Shown here piece by piece: positions 1 to 7,706 of a DNA stretch of 20,000 nt. The DNA lies in IMG/VR virus record IMGVR_UViG_3300031216_000010; one strand, given 5' to 3'. The stretch's first letter is position 1. Every line of letters starts with the position of its first letter. The position numbers and the translations under genes are program-made. The notes below the pieces were generated by a model. The model searched no databases. It was given only the letters and a program-made list of their open reading frames with translations, and was not told the origin of the DNA. This stretch comes from an uncultured virus (IMG/VR IMGVR_UViG_3300031216_000010) (taxonomy: Duplodnaviria > Heunggongvirae > Uroviricota > Caudoviricetes).

Positions 1-359
1 TCGAAGAAAGGCTTTGCCAGCGCATCTTCAAGGGCAACCAGTAAGGCTTCAAACACGCTCTGGCTGATTATCGTCTCATCCGTGAACACCTCATCTTGGC
101 TCTGGAGGAAGTGCTTCTCACTTTCCAGAATCTCACTTTTCCGCTTGTTCCTGCGGTAGGTGTTGATGAAGGTGTTGTGCATGATGGTGTACAGCCATGC
201 CCGAAGATTCGTGCCGGGCTTGAACTGGTGCTTATACCTCAATGCACGGACATACGTGTTCTGCAACAGATCAAGGGCGTCTGCTTCGTTCTTGCAGTAC
301 TTCAATGCCTTTGTGTACAACCCCTTAGAGTAGACAGTTAGCTCTTTCTCAAATTCCAT
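1..359 (-). CDS. ECF-type (sigma-70 group 4) RNA polymerase sigma factor, runs off the left edge
   Basis: Not in the ORF track because it has no stop in the window. My translation from ATG at 359 is MEFEKELTVYSKGLYTKALKYCKNEADALDLLQNTYVRALRYKHQFKPGTNLRAWLYTIMHNTFINTYRRNKRK... The 'DAxDLxQxTyxRA...F.PGTNLRAWLYTIM.NTFIN.YRR' pattern is typical ECF sigma region 2. An SD-like AGGTGG lies upstream. Confidence 0.9.
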   Translation of the reverse strand, partial: MEFEKELTVYSKGLYTKALKYCKNEADALDLLQNTYVRALRYKHQFKPGTNLRAWLYTIMHNTFINTYRRNKRKSEILESEKHFLQSQDEVFTDETIISQSVFEALLVALEDALAKPFF

Positions 360-387
360 TTCGACCACCTGTAGGTTCGATGCGACG

Positions 388-927
388 ATGAAAATTCACG
401 ACCTGATTGATACGCCTAACCCCGATGCCCGCAGGTTTGTTCTCGACGCAAATGTGGTACCTGTCTTCGCAAACGTTAGTGCTCGTAAAGGTACCACACC
501 AGACCATGCGCTGGCAAAGGACTTACTCGACATCGACGGAGTGGTGGAAATATTCCTCCAAGGCAGTTGGGTGACCATCACCCGTGAACCTAACGTGCCG
601 TGGGACACGCTCTCACGTCGGGTTGCCGTAACCCTTCGTCAGTACCAACCTCAAAATGAGGCTGGATTTGAGCGGGGTACAGACGGCCTCCCTGACGAAG
701 ATCCCCGGTCAGACCGGATTCGGCAGGTGATACAACAGGCTGTCGCGCCCTACTTAAACAGTCACGGGGGGTCGCTCCGACTGGTCGCTCTAGAGGGCAG
801 TACCCTGTTCGTGCAATACCAAGGGGCTTGCTCGGGATGCCCAGCTTCAATGACAGGTACCCTAATGGGGGTTGAAAGCCTGTTACAGAAAGAGGTTGAC
901 CCGGCGTTAACCGTGACAGCAATCTAA
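388..927 (+). CDS. Nfu/NifU-family Fe-S cluster carrier (Nfu N-terminal domain plus NifU C-terminal domain)
   Basis: N-terminal TPNP motif followed by 'LL.IDGV.EIF....VTITR...V.W'. C-terminal 'V.PYL.SHGG...LV......L.VQYQGACSGCPAS..TL..VE..L' contains the CxxC cluster-binding motif. Confidence 0.9.
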   Translation: MKIHDLIDTPNPDARRFVLDANVVPVFANVSARKGTTPDHALAKDLLDIDGVVEIFLQGSWVTITREPNVPWDTLSRRVAVTLRQYQPQNEAGFERGTDGLPDEDPRSDRIRQVIQQAVAPYLNSHGGSLRLVALEGSTLFVQYQGACSGCPASMTGTLMGVESLLQKEVDPALTVTAI

Positions 928-929
928 TT

Positions 930-1225
930 TTAGGTGGAAACCCGGAGCTTGCGCCTCCGGTGACTTCCACCGGGAGCGTTACTCAAGGTTAGAAGGAAGT
1001 CAGCAGAGACGTGTGGCGGAAATGGTCGCCGGTACTGCGAGTTCGATATTTTGGCCTTTTGAGCCGCCGTTCGAGCGAAGGCCACACATATCGAGACCCG
1101 AATCCAAAGCATACCCGTACGCAACCACAAACGATGTACTCGTCAGGGGCCAACTGGTATGGTTTTGGGTGTGTCTTAACAAGGGTCCATCTCCGTGTGT
1201 CTTCGCACGAGGTTCTAATTGTGAG
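930..1225 (-). ncRNA. Candidate structured RNA, or a structured mRNA for a 60-aa peptide (1000..1182, - strand)
   Basis: Nested inverted repeats at 1043-1049/1088-1094 and 1053-1058/1078-1083, and at 933-939/965-971 and 942-947/955-960. The stems extend by G-U pairs and gain a GCAA tetraloop only when read on the - strand. A promoter-like motif lies at 1228-1255 (- strand). Confidence 0.35.
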
Positions 1226-1260
1226 ACAATATAAACGAATCACCGGATAAAACAAGTCCC

Positions 1261-1290
1261 TTGCTAATTTTCTTGAGGATGTGCTAGTCT
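1261..1290 (+). promoter_or_regulatory. sigma70-like promoter for the topoisomerase gene
   Basis: TTGCTA (1261-1266), 18-nt spacer, TAGTCT (1285-1290), with an extended -10 TG at 1282-1283. It ends 16 nt before the GTG start. Confidence 0.5.
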
Positions 1291-1306
1291 TCGGGGCAGA
1301 ACTACA

Positions 1307-3241
1307 GTGGAGAATTGCGTGGCTTACGAAGCAGAATCAATCAAGGTGTTGGAGAATCGAGATGCTGTCCGGCAGCGCCCCGGCATGTATATCGGGGGTA
1401 CAGGCAAAGCGGGATACCACCACTTGATCTGGGAGGTTGTGGACAACTCAGTTGACGAGGCCATGAACGGACACGCTTCTGTTATTGATGTGACGCTAGC
1501 CGAGGATGGGAAGACTATCACCGTCACCGATAATGGGCGTGGCATTCCTACGGCGAAGCATCCTGAGAAGAAAGTCAGTACGGTACAGGTGGTTTTTACA
1601 GTGCTTCACGCCGGGGGCAAATTCACACCGGGGTCTTATGGGGCTTCGGGAGGGTTGCACGGCGTCGGTGCCAGCGTCGTCAACTTCCTTAGCTCTCGCC
1701 TCTATGTCAAAGTATGGAGGGCTGGGGAGGTGCACGAGCAAGAGTACTCACAGGGTACCCCGAATTCTAAGCTCAAAAAAACAGGCTCTTGTTCTAGTAG
1801 GAAGACGGGTACCGAAGTGACTTTCACACCGGACCCCGAGATATTTGGGAACCAGTCTTTTGACACCGACATGATCGCGGAGCGGTTGGAGATCAAGACG
1901 TACCTCAATAAGGGGCTTCGTATTCGGTTTAAGGATGAACAGGCCGGGACCGAGGTCACCTATCAGCATGATGGCGGCGTGGCAGAGTTTCTAGGAGATG
2001 TGGTCAAGATTGCGAAGGTACCTCCTATCCACCTCGAACCCATCGTTATGGAGCAAGAGTCTAAAGGCGTGCGGCTCGATATTGCTTTCCAGTGGACTGA
2101 GGACACCAAAGAGGATACCCGCTCTTTCGTGAACACGATACCTACTAAGAGTGGGGGTACACACGAGAATGGGTTCCGAAGTGGTCTTATGAAAGCCCTA
2201 CGGACCTATTTCGAGGTGAATGGCTCTATTCCCAAGAGCCTTGACGTTGGTGCGGAGGATATACGGGAAGGCTTAAAGGCGGCAGTATCCATCTTCTTTG
2301 AAGGGGACATGGAGATTGAGGGGCAGACTAAGGAGCGGCTGAATAACACTGAGATTCAGCCTATCGTCACAACGGCGGTCAAGAATTTCCTCGAACACTA
2401 CCTGCTCAACAATAGTTCGGTTGCCGAAGCCATTACAAACCGAATCATTCAAGCTGCTAAGGCACGGGCCGCTAGCCGCTCTGCTTCTCAGCATGTTCGC
2501 CGCAAGAAGCCTATCTCCAAGAAGCTCACTCTCCCCGGCAAGCTGGCCGACTGTACGTCCACCGATGCTGCTGAGTGTGAACTGTTTATTGTGGAGGGGG
2601 ACTCGGCTGGGGGCAATGCTAAACAGGGGCGTGATCGGCGCACGCAAGCTATTCTCCCCTTGCGCGGTAAGGTCTTGAACACCGAGTCTGCACCCCTCAA
2701 GAGCGTCCTGAAAAACAAGGAAATCGGGGACATCGTAGAAGCACTTGGCTGTGGGATGGACGATAAGTACGACGGGTCCAAGTTGCGTTACCACAAAATT
2801 ATCTTGCTGATGGATGCGGACAGTGATGGTCACCACATTACGACCCTGATGCTCACGTTCTTCTATCGCTACATGCCTCAGTTGATTCTCGACGGGCACC
2901 TCTACATCGCTCAACCACCATTGTACCGCATAATCTCAGGCTCTGAGGTACATTGGGCTATTGACGACGGGGAGAAAGACGCCGTGCTAGCACAGCTAGG
3001 CATGAGAAAAGCTGCGAAGGCGGACATCTCACGGTTCAAGGGCCTCGGGGAGATGATGAAAGACACGTTACGGGACACCACTCTTGATCCTGCTACCCGA
3101 GTCTTGTTACCTGTAGAGGTACCGGCATCTTTGGCGGACGAGACGGACGAAACCATTACGTCTCTGTTAGGCCGTAATGCGAGTGCCCGGTACGACTTTA
3201 TTATCGCAAATCTGGAATCTGTGGAAGAGTTGGACATTTGA
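1307..3241 (+). CDS. gyrB: Type IIA topoisomerase B subunit (GyrB/ParE family)
   Basis: GHKL ATPase motifs (RPGMYIG, EVVDNSVDE, DNGRGIP, LHAGGKF, GGLHGVGASVVN), TOPRIM motifs (EGDSAGG, PLRGK, DADSDG) and C-terminal RFKGLGEM. 644 aa, the short form without the large insert. GyrB and ParE cannot be separated by eye. Confidence 0.95.
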   Translation: MENCVAYEAESIKVLENRDAVRQRPGMYIGGTGKAGYHHLIWEVVDNSVDEAMNGHASVIDVTLAEDGKTITVTDNGRGIPTAKHPEKKVSTVQVVFTVLHAGGKFTPGSYGASGGLHGVGASVVNFLSSRLYVKVWRAGEVHEQEYSQGTPNSKLKKTGSCSSRKTGTEVTFTPDPEIFGNQSFDTDMIAERLEIKTYLNKGLRIRFKDEQAGTEVTYQHDGGVAEFLGDVVKIAKVPPIHLEPIVMEQESKGVRLDIAFQWTEDTKEDTRSFVNTIPTKSGGTHENGFRSGLMKALRTYFEVNGSIPKSLDVGAEDIREGLKAAVSIFFEGDMEIEGQTKERLNNTEIQPIVTTAVKNFLEHYLLNNSSVAEAITNRIIQAAKARAASRSASQHVRRKKPISKKLTLPGKLADCTSTDAAECELFIVEGDSAGGNAKQGRDRRTQAILPLRGKVLNTESAPLKSVLKNKEIGDIVEALGCGMDDKYDGSKLRYHKIILLMDADSDGHHITTLMLTFFYRYMPQLILDGHLYIAQPPLYRIISGSEVHWAIDDGEKDAVLAQLGMRKAAKADISRFKGLGEMMKDTLRDTTLDPATRVLLPVEVPASLADETDETITSLLGRNASARYDFIIANLESVEELDI

Positions 3242-3300
3242 CTAAAATGCCCACCTTGACTACGCATTCAAGCGTGGTCGTTTAGTCAACGGGAGTGGTC

Positions 3301-3444
3301 ATGTTGCGGAATTTCTGTGATGCGCAAGCCCTATTCTTAGAGGATACTAACCCTCAGGTTTCGGCAACCTATCATGCTCTCGCCAACGCGATGGAAAAAA
3401 TCGAAGCGGCTTCTCTGCGCTACTTCCTCCAGCCTAATGAGTGA
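3301..3444 (+). CDS. Small hypothetical protein (47 aa)
   Basis: GGGAG SD 5 nt before ATG 3301. Translation MLRNFCDAQALFLEDTNPQVSATYHALANAMEKIEAASLRYFLQPNE*. Below the ORF-track length cutoff. Confidence 0.55.
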   Translation: MLRNFCDAQALFLEDTNPQVSATYHALANAMEKIEAASLRYFLQPNE

Positions 3445-3447
3445 GGG

Positions 3448-3476
3448 TTGACCTACTTCCTAAAGAGGAGTACGAT
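3448..3476 (+). promoter_or_regulatory. sigma70-like promoter P1 upstream of lon
   Basis: TTGACC (3448-3453), 17-nt spacer, TACGAT (3471-3476). Confidence 0.6.
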
Positions 3477-3523
3477 GGCCCGTGGTCCACAAGAACGGCC
3501 CCGAATTAGAACACCTTTACGGC

Positions 3524-3552
3524 TTGCAAAATAGGACAGTGTATCATACGCT
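3524..3552 (+). promoter_or_regulatory. sigma70-like promoter P2 upstream of lon
   Basis: TTGCAA (3524-3529), 17-nt spacer, TACGCT (3547-3552). Confidence 0.45.
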
Positions 3553-3597
3553 CCCTGTGCGAGTCATTCTACAAAGGCACCTTCAGGATAGTAAAAT

Positions 3598-5943
3598 ATG
3601 GCAACCAAGGAATACCCGGTTCTCCCCCTTCGGAACACCGTTCTCTTCCCCACGACAGTGGTCCCTATCAACATTGGCAGACCCAAGAGCGTCGCCCTAC
3701 TGGAAGCTGTGGTCGAAGCGGATAAGATGCCCTTCGTGCTTATCTCCCAGAGGCAACTTGACACCATTGAACCCGGCATTGAAGACCTATACGATGTCGG
3801 CACGGTGGCCGAAGTCAAGAAGGTCATGACGCAGGGAGACGCTTATACCGCCATTGTTCAAGGCCAGCAGCGGGTACGAATGCTCTCTATGTCCTTTGAT
3901 GAGGATAAAGGCTACTTCGTAGGTACCTTTGAGCCAGTTGAAGAGATCCGCTCTCATGACGAGGAAGAGGACGCCCTCATTCAGACCCTCAAAGAAACGG
4001 CGATTGAGGTTATCGAGAACAGCAAAGAGATACCCTCTGAGTCTGTTCAGATGGTCCAATCTAAGATGGACCCTTCGGAGATTACAGATTTCATCATCTC
4101 TTCTACCGAGTTGGATGTACCCTCCAAGCAAGAGTTCTTGTCGGAGTCGGACATTAATGTCCGACTTGAGAAGTGTATCGCTGTGATGTCTCAGCAAATT
4201 CAAGCCTCTAGGGTACAAGCAGAGGTCCAGCAACAGGTACGGGCCGAAGCGGATAAGACGCAGAAAGAATACTATCTGCGCCAGCAACTCAAAGCTATCA
4301 AAGAGCAGTTGGGAACCTACGATGATGAGGTTGAAGAGTTGGAGGTCCGCATTGCGGAAGCGGGTATGCCGGTGGAGGCTTACGAAGCTGCAATGAAGCA
4401 GTTCAACCGACTGGCAGGTATGCAGCCAAGCTCTTCGGAGTACAGCGTCATCCTCAATTACCTTGAAACACTCATTGACGTGCCGTGGAAGACCCGCTCC
4501 GAGGACAACCTGAATCTCGAACGGGCGCAAGAAATCCTTGATGATGACCATTACGGCCTCGATAAGGTCAAGAAACGTATCATCGAATACCTTGCCGTCC
4601 GTGGCCTCAAAGATGACATGAAGGGGCCTATCCTGTGTCTTCACGGACCTCCGGGAGTTGGCAAAACCTCACTTGGCCGCTCGATTGCCCGAACACTTGG
4701 CCGAAAGTTTCAACGTATCTCTCTGGGTGGCGTCCATGACGAGTCTGAGATTCGCGGTCACCGTCGCACCTATGTCGGTGCCTTGCCGGGTCGCTTGGTC
4801 CAAGCCCTGACCAAAGCAGGCACGAACAATCCGGTCATTCTTCTCGATGAGATTGATAAGGTCAGCCGAGACTTTAGAGGCGACCCAAGTGCGGCTCTCC
4901 TAGAGGTTCTGGACCCAGAGCAGAATCATGCGTTCAATGACCACTATCTTGAAGTGGACCTTGACTTGTCGAAGGTGCTTTTCATTGCGACGGCGAATCA
5001 ACTTGACACGGTTTCGCCGCCCCTCCGTGACCGGATGGAAATCATCGACGTGCCGAGCTATACGCTCTACGAGAAGCAGCAAATTGCCCAGAAGTATTTG
5101 GTACCTAAGCAAGTCGAAGCACACGGTATTTCGGACAGCAACGTCGAGTTCCCTGTCGAATCAGTCAAGTACGTCATTGACAAGTATACCCGTGAGGCGG
5201 GCGTTCGTAACCTAGAGCGCCGGATGGCCGACCTGTGCCGTAACGTAGCGGTAGAGGTTGCCAAGACGGACCCTGAGGATAGAGCCGACATTCACGTGGT
5301 GGTTGATGAACCGTTCGTACAAGATGCCCTTGGACCAGAGCGGTACATCTCAGAAATGGCTCAGAGGGTGAATATGGTAGGGGTCGCAACGGGCCTTGCT
5401 TGGACTCAGGCCGGGGGAGACATTCTCTTCATTGAGGCGCAACAGATGCCGGGCAAGGGCGAACTCAAGCTGACAGGCCAGCTTGGAGACGTCATGAAAG
5501 AGTCTGTCCACGCCGCTCTGTCTTACATCCGTGCACACTCCAAGCAGCTTAAAGTCGATGCTGATTTGGGGGAGCGGAAACAAGACCTCCATATTCATGT
5601 CCCAGCGGGCGCTATCCCCAAGGATGGACCTTCGGCAGGCATTACGATGTTCACAGCACTGCTTAGTCGTCTAAGCGACAGGAAGGTCCGTAAGGACGTT
5701 GCCATGACCGGGGAAATCACTCTCAGCGGTAATGTCCTCCCTGTAGGAGGCATCAAAGAGAAGGTCATCGCGGCACACCGTGCGGGGATTAAGACCATCA
5801 TCATGCCTGCCATCTGTGAGAAGGATCTTGTGGACGTTGAATCCGACGTACGCAATGACCTATCCTTCCACTTTGTTGACGATGTAGAGGAACTGTTGCC
5901 TCTGGTATTTGAGTCGGAAGCGGAAGAGGAACCGGTTGGTTGA
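3598..5943 (+). CDS. lon: ATP-dependent Lon protease (LonA)
   Basis: N-domain '[12 protein letters not shown]...P.NIGRPKS', Walker A GPPGVGKT, Walker B ILLDEIDK, '[12 protein letters not shown]', catalytic Ser in PKDGPSAG and catalytic Lys in GGIKEK. 781 aa, with an AGGA SD. Confidence 0.97.
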   Translation: MATKEYPVLPLRNTVLFPTTVVPINIGRPKSVALLEAVVEADKMPFVLISQRQLDTIEPGIEDLYDVGTVAEVKKVMTQGDAYTAIVQGQQRVRMLSMSFDEDKGYFVGTFEPVEEIRSHDEEEDALIQTLKETAIEVIENSKEIPSESVQMVQSKMDPSEITDFIISSTELDVPSKQEFLSESDINVRLEKCIAVMSQQIQASRVQAEVQQQVRAEADKTQKEYYLRQQLKAIKEQLGTYDDEVEELEVRIAEAGMPVEAYEAAMKQFNRLAGMQPSSSEYSVILNYLETLIDVPWKTRSEDNLNLERAQEILDDDHYGLDKVKKRIIEYLAVRGLKDDMKGPILCLHGPPGVGKTSLGRSIARTLGRKFQRISLGGVHDESEIRGHRRTYVGALPGRLVQALTKAGTNNPVILLDEIDKVSRDFRGDPSAALLEVLDPEQNHAFNDHYLEVDLDLSKVLFIATANQLDTVSPPLRDRMEIIDVPSYTLYEKQQIAQKYLVPKQVEAHGISDSNVEFPVESVKYVIDKYTREAGVRNLERRMADLCRNVAVEVAKTDPEDRADIHVVVDEPFVQDALGPERYISEMAQRVNMVGVATGLAWTQAGGDILFIEAQQMPGKGELKLTGQLGDVMKESVHAALSYIRAHSKQLKVDADLGERKQDLHIHVPAGAIPKDGPSAGITMFTALLSRLSDRKVRKDVAMTGEITLSGNVLPVGGIKEKVIAAHRAGIKTIIMPAICEKDLVDVESDVRNDLSFHFVDDVEELLPLVFESEAEEEPVG

Positions 5944-5944
5944 G

Positions 5945-6214
5945 ATGATGGTCATATGCCCCTCATGCTCCGGGGAGAAGGTGGATTTTACGACCTTCGT
6001 AACCGACGGGTGTGAGGAATGTGAAGGAACAGGTGAGCTTAATGGAGCCTGCTTGGACTGTGGTGGGGCAGGGTGTGGAACCTGCGCCGGAACAGGCGAA
6101 CTTCACGGTCTCCCATGTCCTGTATGTGACGGCATGGGAGACATTGAGCATCACCCTAAATGTTTGGAATGCAGAGGCACTGGATGGCGACCAAACCCGC
6201 TCTTCGGGAGCTAA
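5945..6214 (+). CDS. Stand-alone DnaJ-type cysteine-rich zinc finger protein (about 89 aa)
   Basis: Six CxxCxGx(G) repeats: [48 protein letters not shown]. No J-domain HPD motif. ATG 5945 immediately follows the lon stop and is preferred over the track start at 5909. Confidence 0.8.
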   Translation: MMVICPSCSGEKVDFTTFVTDGCEECEGTGELNGACLDCGGAGCGTCAGTGELHGLPCPVCDGMGDIEHHPKCLECRGTGWRPNPLFGS

Positions 6215-6256
6215 AGTTAGGAACAAAACGATGCTCGCAATAGTTTGAACACACAT

Positions 6257-6329
6257 GCACCCGTAGCTCAGTGGACAGAGCAGGAGCCTTCTAAGCTCTT
6301 GGCCGCAGGTTCAAATCCTGCCGGGTGTG
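6257..6329 (+). tRNA. tRNA-Arg (anticodon TCT)
   Basis: Acceptor GCACCCG/CGGGTGT, D stem GCTC/GAGC, anticodon arm GGAGC-CTTCTAA-GCTCT, T arm GCAGG-TTCAAAT-CCTGC. No encoded CCA. Confidence 0.95.
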
Positions 6330-6350
6330 CTAGACAACTGCGGAGGATAA

Positions 6351-6557
6351 GTGGACGAAAAACTGAAATGTCCTAAATGCGATGGCGAGTTAACGCGCCC
6401 CTACCGTCATCCTTTTTCCAGCTTTTTTGCTGGCGCAGTTTATTGTGCCTCCTGCGAATTCTCCGAAGGTCTCATCCCCTTCTTAGGGAAGAGCCTTTTT
6501 CCGGTAGAACCTATACCTGAACCTTATCTCGGATTCGGAGAGGAGTCAGATGAGTGA
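6351..6557 (+). CDS. Small zinc-ribbon protein
   Basis: CPKC...CASC pair, GGAGG SD before the GTG start, and overlap with the next start. Confidence 0.7.
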   Translation: MDEKLKCPKCDGELTRPYRHPFSSFFAGAVYCASCEFSEGLIPFLGKSLFPVEPIPEPYLGFGEESDE

Positions 6558-7092
6558 GTCTAACGCCGTAATGAAGGCAATCAAGGACGCCCTAAGCGAT
6601 TCCTTGATTGGCCCCTTCTATATGGCCTTAGAGGAACTGTTATCGGAACTCGATGCCCGTGAAGCTGCCTTAGACGCCCGTGAAGCTGCCTTAGACGCCC
6701 GCGCCCTAGACTTAGAGCGGGTTAAACAGGATAAGGTGGCCACGGATATCTCTCAGAAGAGGTATACTCCCCCGTCAACTTACGACAAGAACGGAACCTC
6801 GTATGTTGAGGTCGAAGCCTTGCCTGACAGGGAGCGCCACGTCTTAGCCACCATACAGGTCTTAGCGTCTAGTGGCGAGCTTTTGATCTCGAATGCTGAC
6901 TTGCTCCAACACGTTAGGACGGAATTTGATCCCGTATCACTGAGCGGCCTGACGGCTTGCTTGACTCGCCTCACCCATAAAAAACTTATATCTACTAGGA
7001 ATATGAGTGGTCAGGGGTATCCTCGCATCATTGTGGTGGAGGAAGAGCTAGAAGACCCTGAGTCTTTGACCCATGTGGAGTATTCCAAATGA
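6550..7092 (+). CDS. Hypothetical protein with N-terminal coiled coil and C-terminal winged-helix-like domain
   Basis: GAGGAG SD. Heptad-length repeat LDAREAA. The C-terminal 'LPDRERHVL...ISNADL...SLSGLTACLTRLTHKKLI' resembles a winged helix-turn-helix. Confidence 0.7.
   Translation: MSESNAVMKAIKDALSDSLIGPFYMALEELLSELDAREAALDAREAALDARALDLERVKQDKVATDISQKRYTPPSTYDKNGTSYVEVEALPDRERHVLATIQVLASSGELLISNADLLQHVRTEFDPVSLSGLTACLTRLTHKKLISTRNMSGQGYPRIIVVEEELEDPESLTHVEYSK
6655..6701 (+). repeat. In-frame 21-bp tandem repeat (about 2.2 copies)
   Basis: GCCCGTGAAGCTGCCTTAGAC at 6655-6675 and 6676-6696, followed by GCCCG. Encodes AREAALD twice. Confidence 0.9.
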
Positions 7093-7706
7093 CAGATTTC
7101 GGCCAGAGTAGCAGCGGCGACTTCAACACATCATCTTCGGCCCTCAGGGTTCTCTATGAGGGGACGCGCCAGACCTACGGCACCAACCTGACGCCCGATT
7201 CGTTCACACAAACCAATCCACCTGTGATCACAACACCGGGTACTATCTAAACGACCTTGGGGCCGGTGCCTGATAGGGGTGTTCTCGGGGCCTCGATTGC
7301 CTTTACCCGACCCGATGTTGGGAATGGATTTGTAGGTGGCCCTTCGGCTGTTGACCCTGCTACAGGGAAAATTCGTCCGCTCGGCCTTTACATGAACAGC
7401 GCCAACGATTGGGACTATGCTAATAAGCCTGCACAGGCGTCTAACAAAGGTGTCTACATCAACGGTACCCTCGGCTCTCGCCTCTATGAGACGTTTGTTC
7501 TCGACGGCGTAAGTGTGGGTGATCCTCTGGACTGGCAGGTAGGTGATTTCCTCTATGCCAGCCGTAATGGGTATCTCACGAACCTTGGGGATGCTGACAA
7601 CACCCTAGAACTTGCGCTCGGATACTCCGAAGCAACCGTCATGGGTCTTGTCCGAATTGTTGCGGACAACTCTCACCCAGACATCGTGTTTGATCCTCCT
7701 GTTTAA
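7089..7706 (+). pseudogene. Putative virion structural (head-decoration-like) gene interrupted by an in-frame TAA at codon 54
   Basis: ATG 7089 overlaps the upstream TGA (ATGA). MTDFGQSSSGDFNTSSSALRVLYEG...FTQTNPPVITTPGTI*TTLGPVPDRGVLG... continues in the same frame as the track ORF 7257..7706. G/T/N/P-rich, beta-like composition. The structural role is recalled resemblance and is unverified. Confidence 0.6.

Noticed and set aside
96..341. Track ORF of 81 aa on the + strand
   Set aside because: Antisense shadow of the ECF sigma gene on the - strand.
933..971. Hairpin as an intrinsic terminator for nfu
   Set aside because: No U-tract follows it on either strand; it is kept only as part of the candidate RNA.
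930..1116. tmRNA-like ends on the - strand (GGGTATGCTTTGGATTCG ... TTTCCACC)
   Set aside because: No TTCRA T-loop, the ends do not pair as an Ala acceptor stem, there is no CCA, and about 185 nt is too short.
1113..1146. Hammerhead-like core on the - strand (CTGACGA-GTAC...GTAC)
   Set aside because: The essential GAAA after stem II is GGGT, and stems I and III are not evident.
2273..4644. Long - strand ORFs (2273..2914, 2911..3267, 3787..4644)
   Set aside because: Antisense shadows of gyrB and lon, with no recognisable motifs.
7248..7250. Genome-wide stop-codon reassignment as the explanation for the in-frame TAA
   Set aside because: TAA, TAG and TGA all end well-supported genes here (for example nfu TAA, NUDIX TAG, lon TGA), and there is no suppressor tRNA in the window. 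The TAA and TGA anticodons read Leu (TTA) and Ser (TCA) codons.
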